A DNA stretch of 64,000 nucleotides from a bacterium (GTDB taxonomy: Bacteria; Zhuqueibacterota; Zhuqueibacteria; Residuimicrobiales; Krinioviventaceae). A model generated the notes under the pieces. It ran no database searches. It was not told the DNA's origin and saw only the letters and a list, made by a program, of their open reading frames with translations. Numbering within the stretch: the stretch's first letter is position 1; every line of letters begins with the position of its first letter. The translations under genes and the position numbers were made by a program. Location of the stretch: positions 6,208,001-6,272,000 of the forward strand of contig OY843751.1 of NCBI GenBank assembly GCA_963693055.1, read 5' to 3'. Of this stretch, positions 1-8,390 are shown in pieces.

Positions 1-1
1 A

Positions 2-2677
2 GATGATCCCGATTCCGGGTATCGTTCGCGCATCAGCCACAAGCGGGAATCTGCTTCGCCCGGCTATTTCAGTGTGGATTTGTTAGACTATGACATAAAA
101 GCAGAGTTGACAGCCACAACCCGTGCCGGAATGCAGCGCTATACCTTTCCCCAGTCAGATAACGCGCATGTATTGTTTGATCTCAAAATACCGGATGAAA
201 ACCAAACCGAGACCAAAAAAGCCTATGCAAAACGAGTGGGTAATACCGGTATTGAAGGTTACATTGAAAAAGAAAAAGGCTGGAACGAGTATATCATCTA
301 TTTTGCAGCCGAATTTGATCATCCTTTTGATTCCATGAGTGGATGGGTTGATTCCAATGTTCAGGAGAATATCGACAATCTGGAGATTAAGGGAGACAAG
401 GATGTAGGTGTTTATGTGAATTTCAAGACCACAGAAGGTCAGGAGGTATTACTAAGAACCGGTATCTCGTTTGTCAGCATTGAACAGGCGCGATTGAACC
501 TTGAAACCGAGATGGGTGGTTTTGGCTGGGATTTTGACGCGTTACACATGAGCGCGAGAACTACCTGGAATGATTTGTTGAGTAAAATTAAAGTTGAAGG
601 TGGTACGGAAACCGATTTTGAAAAGTTTTATACCAACCTGTACCGCTCATATTCCGCACGTACCATATTCAGTGATGTAAACGGCATGTTTACCGACATG
701 TGTGAAGAACCAAAGCAGACTGAGGACAAAAGCTCGCCGGTTTACGGTTGCGATGCATTTTGGAACACCTTTTGGAATTTGAACCAACTCTGGTCAATGC
801 TAACACCGGATGTTATGAATTCCTGGGTTAAATCTTTGCTCACTATCTATGATTGTGGCGGCTGGCTGCCCAAGGGACCGGGGGGGATCGAGTACTCCAG
901 CATTATGGTGGCATCGCACGAGATCCCGTTGATTGTATCCGCGTATCAAAAAGGCATCCGTAATTTTGATGTGGAAAAAGCGTACAAAGCTATTCGGGAA
1001 ATTCAGACCATACCGGGACGTGCACACGAGTGTGGAGGCTTTGTGGGCAATCGTCATCTCTCACCGTATATGAGGATTGGGTATGTACCCGCCGATATAG
1101 GACAGGTTTCGAACACGCTTGAATACGCCTATGATGACTGGTGTTTTGCCCAGTTTGCAAAATCTATGAACCAGCAGGATGATTATCAGGCTTTTATGCA
1201 ACGCGCGCAATATTACAAGAATGTTTTTGATCCGACAACCACATATACCAGACCCAAGCATGAAGGCGGACCCTGGCAACGTGATTTTGAACCGGTTGTG
1301 AAAGCAAAAGGTAAAGAAGATAATTTTGGCAGCAAAGATTATGTTGAAGGCAACGGCTGGCAATATACCTGGTTTGCTCCTCAGGATGTACAGGGACTGG
1401 TGGACTTGCTGGGACAGGACGAGTTTAATGATCGTCTGAATGACGGATTTGAAAAAGCGCGTCCTAATTTTACCAGTCAGTATGTCAATCATAGTAATCA
1501 GCCGAACATGCAGGCCGCGTTCCTGTTCAATTATTCCGGCAAACCCTGGCTTACCCAGTACTGGGCGCGGGAGATTCTGGACTACTATTATGGTACCGGA
1601 CCGGTAAACGGGTACCCCGGTGATGAAGACCAGGGTCAGATGGGTTCATGGTATGTGATGGCAGCCTTGGGATTGTTTGAAATGGATGGAGGTTGTGCGG
1701 TGGATCCCTTTTATGAGATCAGTAGTCCGCTTTTTGAAAAAGCAACCATTACATTGGATACCGAGTATTATTCTGGCAAACAATTTGTAATACAGGCAGT
1801 GAACAATTCGAAAAAGAACCGCTACATCCAATCCGCTACATTGAACGGAAAGCCTTTGGATACATTCTGGTTTCCGCATTCCGAATTGGTCAAAGGTGGA
1901 GAGTTGGTATTGCAAATGGGGCCAAAGCCCAATGAAGCATGGGCGTCTGATCTTTCCAAACGCCCCCCAAAAGACAATGTGCCTGAATTGATTAGAACTC
2001 CGTATATGGCAAATGACTGCCGGTTATTTACAGACAAGGCCGAGGTTGAACTTGTTTGTGATACCAAGGGTACGGAAATCTATTACACGCTGAACGGAAC
2101 AACACCCACCCAGAAATCCCGGAAATACACGGGACAGTTTGATATTACCAAAGACACCACGCTGAAAATAAGAGCGTTCAAAGACGGACGCGCCAGTTTG
2201 ATCAATACAGCCGTTCTGACCAAAGCGGTTATGGTTGAAGCTGTGAATCCTGGCAAGGTGGAACCCGGTTTGGCATATACCTATTACGAAGGTACTTTTG
2301 CCACCATGAGTGATTTTGAAGGTACTGACCCGGTTGAAACCGGTGTAGCAGAACAGGTGGACCTGAGTATCCGCAAAAAAGACAGCTTTTTTGCTTATGA
2401 ATTCAAAGGATATATTAACATTCCCCAGGATGGCAGGTATACGTTTTTTCTGAATTCAAATGATGGTTCCAAGCTGTTTATTGATAACCGTACTGTTGTT
2501 AACAGTGATGGTTTGCACCCAACAATGGAGCTGTTTAATACCATACCTTTAAAAAAGGGAATGCATCCCATTCGTGTACAGTATTTTCAGAATGGCGGTG
2601 TTCTTGATCTCGATTTCAAGTGGGAAGGACCGGGATTCAAAAAACAATTTGTACCCAAATCGGTATTGGTGCACTAA
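2..2677 (+). CDS. GH92 alpha-mannosidase with C-terminal Fn3-associated and PA14 domains (5'-truncated by the window edge)
   Basis: Frame is open from position 2 (DDPDSGYRSRISHKRESASPGYFSV). GH92 motifs TLEYAYDD, EGNGWQY, NHSNQP, PGDEDQGQMGSW. C-terminal IYYTLNGTTP (Fn3-associated) and LNSNDGSKL...DGLH (PA14). Confidence 0.9.
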   Translation, partial: DDPDSGYRSRISHKRESASPGYFSVDLLDYDIKAELTATTRAGMQRYTFPQSDNAHVLFDLKIPDENQTETKKAYAKRVGNTGIEGYIEKEKGWNEYIIYFAAEFDHPFDSMSGWVDSNVQENIDNLEIKGDKDVGVYVNFKTTEGQEVLLRTGISFVSIEQARLNLETEMGGFGWDFDALHMSARTTWNDLLSKIKVEGGTETDFEKFYTNLYRSYSARTIFSDVNGMFTDMCEEPKQTEDKSSPVYGCDAFWNTFWNLNQLWSMLTPDVMNSWVKSLLTIYDCGGWLPKGPGGIEYSSIMVASHEIPLIVSAYQKGIRNFDVEKAYKAIREIQTIPGRAHECGGFVGNRHLSPYMRIGYVPADIGQVSNTLEYAYDDWCFAQFAKSMNQQDDYQAFMQRAQYYKNVFDPTTTYTRPKHEGGPWQRDFEPVVKAKGKEDNFGSKDYVEGNGWQYTWFAPQDVQGLVDLLGQDEFNDRLNDGFEKARPNFTSQYVNHSNQPNMQAAFLFNYSGKPWLTQYWAREILDYYYGTGPVNGYPGDEDQGQMGSWYVMAALGLFEMDGGCAVDPFYEISSPLFEKATITLDTEYYSGKQFVIQAVNNSKKNRYIQSATLNGKPLDTFWFPHSELVKGGELVLQMGPKPNEAWASDLSKRPPKDNVPELIRTPYMANDCRLFTDKAEVELVCDTKGTEIYYTLNGTTPTQKSRKYTGQFDITKDTTLKIRAFKDGRASLINTAVLTKAVMVEAVNPGKVEPGLAYTYYEGTFATMSDFEGTDPVETGVAEQVDLSIRKKDSFFAYEFKGYINIPQDGRYTFFLNSNDGSKLFIDNRTVVNSDGLHPTMELFNTIPLKKGMHPIRVQYFQNGGVLDLDFKWEGPGFKKQFVPKSVLVH

Positions 2678-2683
2678 AAGATC

Positions 2684-2726
2684 AAGATCGTTGCAGTCCA
2701 ACTAAACAGGCGACTGCAACGATCTT
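2684..2726 (+). terminator. 15-bp inverted repeat after the GH92 stop; possible terminator or REP-like hairpin
   Basis: AAGATCGTTGCAGTC (2684-2698) pairs with GACTGCAACGATCTT (2712-2726). Confidence 0.5.
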
Positions 2727-2734
2727 TGATTATT

Positions 2735-2810
2735 GGAGTACAGATGTTTCTGGATCAAGTCCGGCTGTTGGCGGATGTGTGCGGGGTGGGGATCCGCTTA
2801 ATAATGGATC
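2735..2810 (+). repeat. REP-like element, copy A (degenerate)
   Basis: Starts GGAGTACAGA and ends TGTGTGCGGGGTGGGGATCCGCTTAATAATGGAT, nearly identical to the end of copy B at 3536-3591. Confidence 0.65.
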
Positions 2811-2838
2811 AAGTTATTCGAATATAAAAGGGGGTTTT

Positions 2839-3389
2839 ATGGTTTACAAACAATATGAACATACTCCACCACACTTGTTTATTGATAATGCCCTATACTT
2901 TATAACAGGTTCAACTTGTTTGAAAAATCCTTTATTGATTGGTAACAAAGCAAAAGATATTTTTTATGAACAGCTTGTTAAGTATGTTAAAAATTTTGAT
3001 TATCGTTTGATGGAATGGGTAGTCCTAAACAATCATTATCATATTCTGATCAGAATTATTGATTTCTAAGTTCAAGTAAACTTGCAAGTTTTATAAATAC
3101 ATTTCATCAGGCAAGCGCTTTTCATATTCAAAAAGAATGTGGATTCATGGTAGAAAGGTTTTGGTATCAATATTGGGATACAATCATGAATTCTGAAAAA
3201 CAAATAGCATATACAACCAACTATATTTATTATAATCCGATTAAACATAAAATTGTTACAAATCTTAAAGATTATCAATATTCGAGTTTTTTATCACGAT
3301 TTGAAAGTGATGAGCATGGGGTACGGCAAAGATATAAAAAATTTAATCCAAAGAATTTATCTGAATATGATGAAATTGATTATTTCTAA
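2839..3389 (+). pseudogene. REP-associated tyrosine transposase (RAYT, Y1/HUH family), frameshifted near 3063-3069
   Basis: Frame 1 gives MVYKQYEHTPPH...YFITGST...VVLNNHYH (HUH motif) and stops at 3069. The -1 frame is open from 3063 and carries FWYQYWD, YIYYNPIKH (catalytic Tyr/NP) and YQYSSF. Confidence 0.8.
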
Positions 3390-3403
3390 GGTTTTATTAA
3401 ATT

Positions 3404-3454
3404 GAAACATCTCGGACCTTCGGTCCGACGCATCGCATAAACGCGATGCACTCC
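3404..3454 (-). repeat. REP-like double-hairpin element, copy C
   Basis: Minus strand reads GGAGT-GCATCGC-GTTTAT-GCGATGC-G-TCGGACC-GAA-GGTCCGA, two perfect 7-bp stems. Confidence 0.75.
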
Positions 3455-3535
3455 TTAAATATAATAGTTTTTTGTTGATGTTATCTGCGAGCCACGGAAT
3501 TAGAAAAATGCTAGGTACGCAAAAATCAATCTAAA

Positions 3536-3591
3536 GGAGTACAGACCGTTTATGGGCTGTGTGCGGGTCGGGGATCCGCTTAATAATGGAT
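3536..3591 (+). repeat. REP-like double-hairpin element, copy B
   Basis: GGAGT-ACAGACC-GTTTAT-GGGCTGT-GT-GCGGGTC-GGG-GATCCGC, the same architecture as copy C. Confidence 0.7.
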
Positions 3592-3765
3592 TCATATATC
3601 CCGTTAAAATGAAAAATTTGTTGAACCAGAGATATGAGAGTTGCATACTCACAGGTATGCAATATTATTGTCCAAAAGAGTGTTCCGTAAATATTGTAAC
3701 GAGAAAAAGTATTTTGTTCCGAGTACGAGACGTCAAAATACACTAAAAAAAGCATTGGAGGGGAT

Positions 3766-6504
3766 ATGAAGAAAACAGGATGTATTGTAGTATTTTTGAT
3801 GTGTTTCTTTTGGGGCCCACTCTATGCTGAAATACTACACATCCCCGATGATTTTTCTACAATCCAGCAAGGCATTAACGCTTCTGTTAACGGAGACACG
3901 GTGCTGGTCGCCCCGGGGACCTATTACGAGAATATCAACTTTAACGGCAAATCGATTGTAGTGGCCTCGCATTATCTCGCCACCGGAGACACCTCCTACA
4001 TTGCGCAAACTGTGATTGACGGCAGCCAGAGCGGCACGGTTGTCACCATTGCCAGCGGTGAAGACAGCACAACGACGTTATGTGGATTTGTGGTTACAAA
4101 CGGGTATATTGAGGATTTAGAATATGCAACCAAAATCGCAAGTGGAATTATGTGCGAAAATCACTCCAGTGTCGTGTTATCTCATTTGATTGTTGAAAAA
4201 AACGATATTTTTGTGAGTAATATTAATAAGGTAGGCGGGATTGGCTGCTTTGACAACTCGAATTTGACCATGGACTATGTGGTTTTGCGGGAGAATGAGA
4301 AAGCAGGAATGTTTTGTCGTGACAGTTCTAAAGTTAAAATTTTTAATTCAAGTGTTTACAATAATAATGGTGGTGGGATATTTTGTGAAAACTGTGAAAT
4401 TATCATTAAAAATGTTAATATCAGAGATAATATATCAAAGACTAGTGGTGTAGGTATCATATTCTTGAAATCAAATGTTATAATTAAAAATTCGAAAATA
4501 TCAAGAAACAAGGGAGATCTTACTGGAAGATCTACTCTTAGTTTTGCTAGTGGGGCAGGTATCTATGCTGACAATTCTAAACTTGATATTGATAGTGTCC
4601 GTATAGAAAACAATTCAGGATTTGCAAGTGATTTGGGCAGTCATGGAAATGGTATGTATTGTTATAATTGTATGGTTAATTTTAAGAATTCATATGTTGC
4701 TAACAACACGTCTTTTTTTTCATCGAGCAATATGTATGGTGGGGGAATTGCTTTCAGAGAGTGTGCTCTAGTTCAATTGTATAATACAAAAATAGTAGAA
4801 AATTTGGCAAGAAGAGGTGGCGGGATTTATACAAAAAATTCAATCCTTGATCTGAATAAAGTATTGATACAGGCAAACCACACCATGAGCGAAGGAGGGG
4901 GTATATATAATGACAATTCTGATATAACAATCAAGAATTCGTCCATTAATCGAAATTTGAGTGAAAAATCTGGAGGTGGATTTTTTTGTACCAATGATAA
5001 TGCAAAAATAGAATTTAATAAAACAGAACTAAACAGTGTTTATTATAATCGGGCCTTTGAATCCGGAAACGATTTTGCCTGTGACAGTTTGATAACGATA
5101 AATGCTGTATTGGACACTTTTACAATTAACCGAATGGATACGGTTTTTGCGGATCCTGTTGATAATTTCAATATTACCTGTCAACAAGCCCTGATACAGC
5201 CTGTATCTGCTGATATTTATGTGTCTGAGCAGGGTGATGATGAAAATGATGGCCTATCAGAATTGACACCCTTGAGAACTCTCAACAAAGCTATGCTTAC
5301 AGTTCTGGCTGACAGCTTGAATCCGCATACGGTCCATGTTGGACCAGGGGTTTATTCTCCTTCAAATACCGGTGAAAGTTTTCCGGTCATCGGCAAAAGT
5401 CATGTTTCCATTTTAGGTGATGATCCATACTCTACAATTTTTGATGCAGAAAAACAGAATTGTGTGACAGTGTTAAATAATACAGATAATGTAATAATTA
5501 AAGATGTAACAATTACAAACGGGAAAAGTGGTACCAATGGGGGTGGAATTAATCTATTACAATCAAAGAATATTATTTTTGAAAATTTGCTTATATCAAA
5601 CAACTATGCCGATTTTTCAGGTGGAGGTGTTTATTGTTCTTCAAAACTATCTGAATCAGAAAACTTTAATTTTAAAAATGTACTCGTATATGATAATGGC
5701 TGTCGATTTGGAGGAGCCGGAATTTATATAACTGGTAAAGGAATTCTGGAAAATGTAACGGTCCATAATAACATATCTATTGATACAACGATTTATAATG
5801 ATCCGAATATAATTTATTCAGGGGGTGTGTGGTTGGTATGGAGTTTTGATTTAACTATTATGAATTCTATAGTCTATGATAATTCTCCCAAAAATATTAG
5901 TGGTATACCTATGGGATTCGATAATAGTATGATAATTTTGAATTCAAACATTCAAGCAAATCAAGATAGTGCTAGTACAAGTTATTGGAGTTTTATCAAC
6001 TGGCTCGACGGCAACATTGATGCAGAACCGATGTTTGTAGGCGGCGAACCTTTTGATTATCACTTGTCCGGGGATTCTCCCTGTATTGATGCCGGTACTG
6101 CGTTTTATGTGTGGGAGGGGGATACACTTGTTGATATAGATGAAAACGAATATTCGGGGCCTGCTCCGGATATGGGCGCGTACGAGTATGGTGTGCTGAA
6201 CCGGATTGAATCTGCATCGGCCCCGCTTCGGTTTGAGCTTGCGCAGAATTATCCCAATCCTTTTAATCCGGTAACGATGATATCGTATCAGTTACCGCAT
6301 CCGGATCACGTTCGGTTGACGGTGTATGACGTACTGGGCCGCGAGGTGAAAGCGCTGGTGGATACTGACCGGCCGGCGGGAACGCATGAAATCCAATGGG
6401 ATGGTCGGGACGCATCCGGAAAGACGGTTGCCGCAGGTGTCTATTTTTACCGAATTGAGACAGGAAAGTTTACCCGTGTTAAAAAGATGGTATTGCTGAG
6501 GTAA
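3766..6504 (+). CDS. Secreted right-handed beta-helix (pectin-lyase-like) repeat protein with a T9SS-type/FlgD-like C-terminal domain
   Basis: Signal peptide; TIQQGIN...GDTVLVAPGTYYE start of the beta-helix; many GGGI(F/Y)C repeats; second module IYVSEQGDDEND; C-terminal FELAQNYPNPFNP...GVYFYRI...KKMVLLR. RBS GGAGG upstream. Confidence 0.8.
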   Translation: MKKTGCIVVFLMCFFWGPLYAEILHIPDDFSTIQQGINASVNGDTVLVAPGTYYENINFNGKSIVVASHYLATGDTSYIAQTVIDGSQSGTVVTIASGEDSTTTLCGFVVTNGYIEDLEYATKIASGIMCENHSSVVLSHLIVEKNDIFVSNINKVGGIGCFDNSNLTMDYVVLRENEKAGMFCRDSSKVKIFNSSVYNNNGGGIFCENCEIIIKNVNIRDNISKTSGVGIIFLKSNVIIKNSKISRNKGDLTGRSTLSFASGAGIYADNSKLDIDSVRIENNSGFASDLGSHGNGMYCYNCMVNFKNSYVANNTSFFSSSNMYGGGIAFRECALVQLYNTKIVENLARRGGGIYTKNSILDLNKVLIQANHTMSEGGGIYNDNSDITIKNSSINRNLSEKSGGGFFCTNDNAKIEFNKTELNSVYYNRAFESGNDFACDSLITINAVLDTFTINRMDTVFADPVDNFNITCQQALIQPVSADIYVSEQGDDENDGLSELTPLRTLNKAMLTVLADSLNPHTVHVGPGVYSPSNTGESFPVIGKSHVSILGDDPYSTIFDAEKQNCVTVLNNTDNVIIKDVTITNGKSGTNGGGINLLQSKNIIFENLLISNNYADFSGGGVYCSSKLSESENFNFKNVLVYDNGCRFGGAGIYITGKGILENVTVHNNISIDTTIYNDPNIIYSGGVWLVWSFDLTIMNSIVYDNSPKNISGIPMGFDNSMIILNSNIQANQDSASTSYWSFINWLDGNIDAEPMFVGGEPFDYHLSGDSPCIDAGTAFYVWEGDTLVDIDENEYSGPAPDMGAYEYGVLNRIESASAPLRFELAQNYPNPFNPVTMISYQLPHPDHVRLTVYDVLGREVKALVDTDRPAGTHEIQWDGRDASGKTVAAGVYFYRIETGKFTRVKKMVLLR

Positions 6505-6617
6505 ATTTTAACAAAAATAAAAGGTTCGCTCAAAGGCACAGAGACAATTGCTTTTTCATGATTAAAAAAATCCCGTGCTTTCTTACACGCATTTTCTAAT
6601 TGGCTGATCTGTTGAAT

Positions 6618-7520
6618 TTATTTCGCTTCCAGTTCGTACACCTTTTCCCGGATTCCTTCTAAAGATCCAATAATGATATAATAACTGTATTCGTAAACCG
6701 TATCCTTGTTTAATGCCGCTTTTTTCACGGGAGCAATGTAGGATGTTGACGCGTCATCCGTCTCTCCTCCGGGTTCTTTGTACATGCCTGCCAAAAATCG
6801 GGTGCATTTGGGATTATAGACACCCATACCCCACTGGTTTTCATCCACAAACGCCATCCAATGCTCGGGAACCGATTCATATCGTCCCCAGAATCCACTG
6901 GACAAAAAGATGACCTCTAAATTTTCCAAAGGCTCACCTGTAAAGGGCTGGTCCCCGGTATAGCTGTACAACTGACTCAATGCCGAAACCGGATACACCG
7001 CCGGCAGCTCCTGATTGTTCGAGATGCCCTCACCATATAACGTATCGGTCCGGAAACAGGTTAGCTTGTTATGGATTTGGAGCGTGTTCCCCATCAGCAC
7101 TGTCCACTGTTCCAGTTCGGCTTCAGCGGGTTTGTTGTTCATGTCCCATAGCATGGGAATGCATTTCACGTACAGCGTGTCACTGGATTTACGGTAATCG
7201 AGTATTTCTGCGCGGTTCTTGAACGCGTCACCCGCCTGGATCGGATTCCAGCTCCAGGGGGACCAGTCGGGACTTTGCCCCTCCGCGGTCCGGTCCAGCG
7301 ATTTTCCCGCGTAATACGATTGCTGAATGTATCTGCCTTCGTCATGTGTGTTTACCAGGTTGCGGTCACTACCGGACACAGATACCCAGTTGATGGTACC
7401 GCCTCGGGTCAGGTCCACTTTGACGGTCAATGTTCCATTGTCTATAAAGAGCTCATTGGGTGCAGCAAGTAATACAGCAATATTTGAAAACATATAAAAT
7501 AGAGTTATCCATATTTTCAT
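6618..7520 (-). CDS. Hypothetical exported protein, Trp/Tyr-rich, possibly carbohydrate-related
   Basis: 300-aa ORF with an N-terminal signal peptide and GAGG RBS. Family not recognised. Confidence 0.6.
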   Translation of the reverse strand: MKIWITLFYMFSNIAVLLAAPNELFIDNGTLTVKVDLTRGGTINWVSVSGSDRNLVNTHDEGRYIQQSYYAGKSLDRTAEGQSPDWSPWSWNPIQAGDAFKNRAEILDYRKSSDTLYVKCIPMLWDMNNKPAEAELEQWTVLMGNTLQIHNKLTCFRTDTLYGEGISNNQELPAVYPVSALSQLYSYTGDQPFTGEPLENLEVIFLSSGFWGRYESVPEHWMAFVDENQWGMGVYNPKCTRFLAGMYKEPGGETDDASTSYIAPVKKAALNKDTVYEYSYYIIIGSLEGIREKVYELEAK

Positions 7521-7746
7521 TATTTCCTCACAGGGTTATGGGTGATTTGTAAATTACAAAAACTGTAAGAGAGGAACAACTGAAAATAATGTTAATATCA
7601 CAGATCGGAAGAGATAATCTTCGGTATGCTCAAATTTCAAAATTCACATATTAATCCTGAAAGTTTCTTTTTCCGGGCATAAAAATTGCGATTCATTATT
7701 TTAACTGTTTTACAAACATTTTTTAAAAAAAGGGCTCGGAATTATT

Positions 7747-8139
7747 ATGCAAGTCTATGATAGTGAATCAGCAACGGTAATCGTATATCCTGAAAAAAAG
7801 ATAGTTTACCATGAAATTCATAAATATATTTCCGACCAGGAATTCAGAACCGTACTGTCTATCGGAGCTGATAACTTTATTAAATTCAATTGCACCAAAT
7901 GGTTAGCAAATGACCGAAATATTAGTTCAACCTATGTTGAGGATATAGGCTGGTATGTTGAACATTGGGAATCGAGAATCATAAACGCTGGCTGGAAATA
8001 TTGGGCGGTAGTTATGCCTGAAATGGTAACCGTACAAATGTTTGTATCCAAATTCATCAACAAATACAAGTCTATGGGAATTCATGTCAGAGCTTTTAGC
8101 GATGTTGATAAAGCTATGACATGGCTTGAAGAAAGATAA
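7747..8139 (+). CDS. Small hypothetical protein, STAS/SpoIIAA-like
   Basis: 130-aa ORF with the pattern KWLANDR...GWKYWAVV...FSDVDKAMTWL. Confidence 0.55.
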   Translation: MQVYDSESATVIVYPEKKIVYHEIHKYISDQEFRTVLSIGADNFIKFNCTKWLANDRNISSTYVEDIGWYVEHWESRIINAGWKYWAVVMPEMVTVQMFVSKFINKYKSMGIHVRAFSDVDKAMTWLEER

Positions 8140-8228
8140 TTTCAAAGCAAAGTTTCACTGTACGTAACGGAGATTATCTCCGTCAAGTTCCTTTTATCAT
8201 ATCGAATTATTGATATATCAAGAGAGGG

Positions 8229-8281
8229 AAATTAGAGTGCAGTCCAATAATTAACCACTTTTTCTGGACTGTACTCCAATT
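8229..8281. repeat. Imperfect inverted repeat containing GGAGTACAG (REPIN-like)
   Basis: AATTAGAGTGCAGTCCA ... TGGACTGTACTCCAATT. The right arm on the minus strand reads TTGGAGTACAG, as at 2733-2743. Confidence 0.45.
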
Positions 8282-8390
8282 CTCTCCATCCATTCACTTC
8301 TTTTATTGCATCAAACCTCCCGGTTTAATATATTCTAAATATCGTCAAAACTCACAATTCATATCAACACATAACCCCGGGAAAATCTAT

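Noticed and set aside
3552-3746. Short ORF sharing the peptide GCVRxGDPLNNG with the 2620 ORF
   Set aside because: The similarity comes from translating the DNA repeat, not from a protein family.
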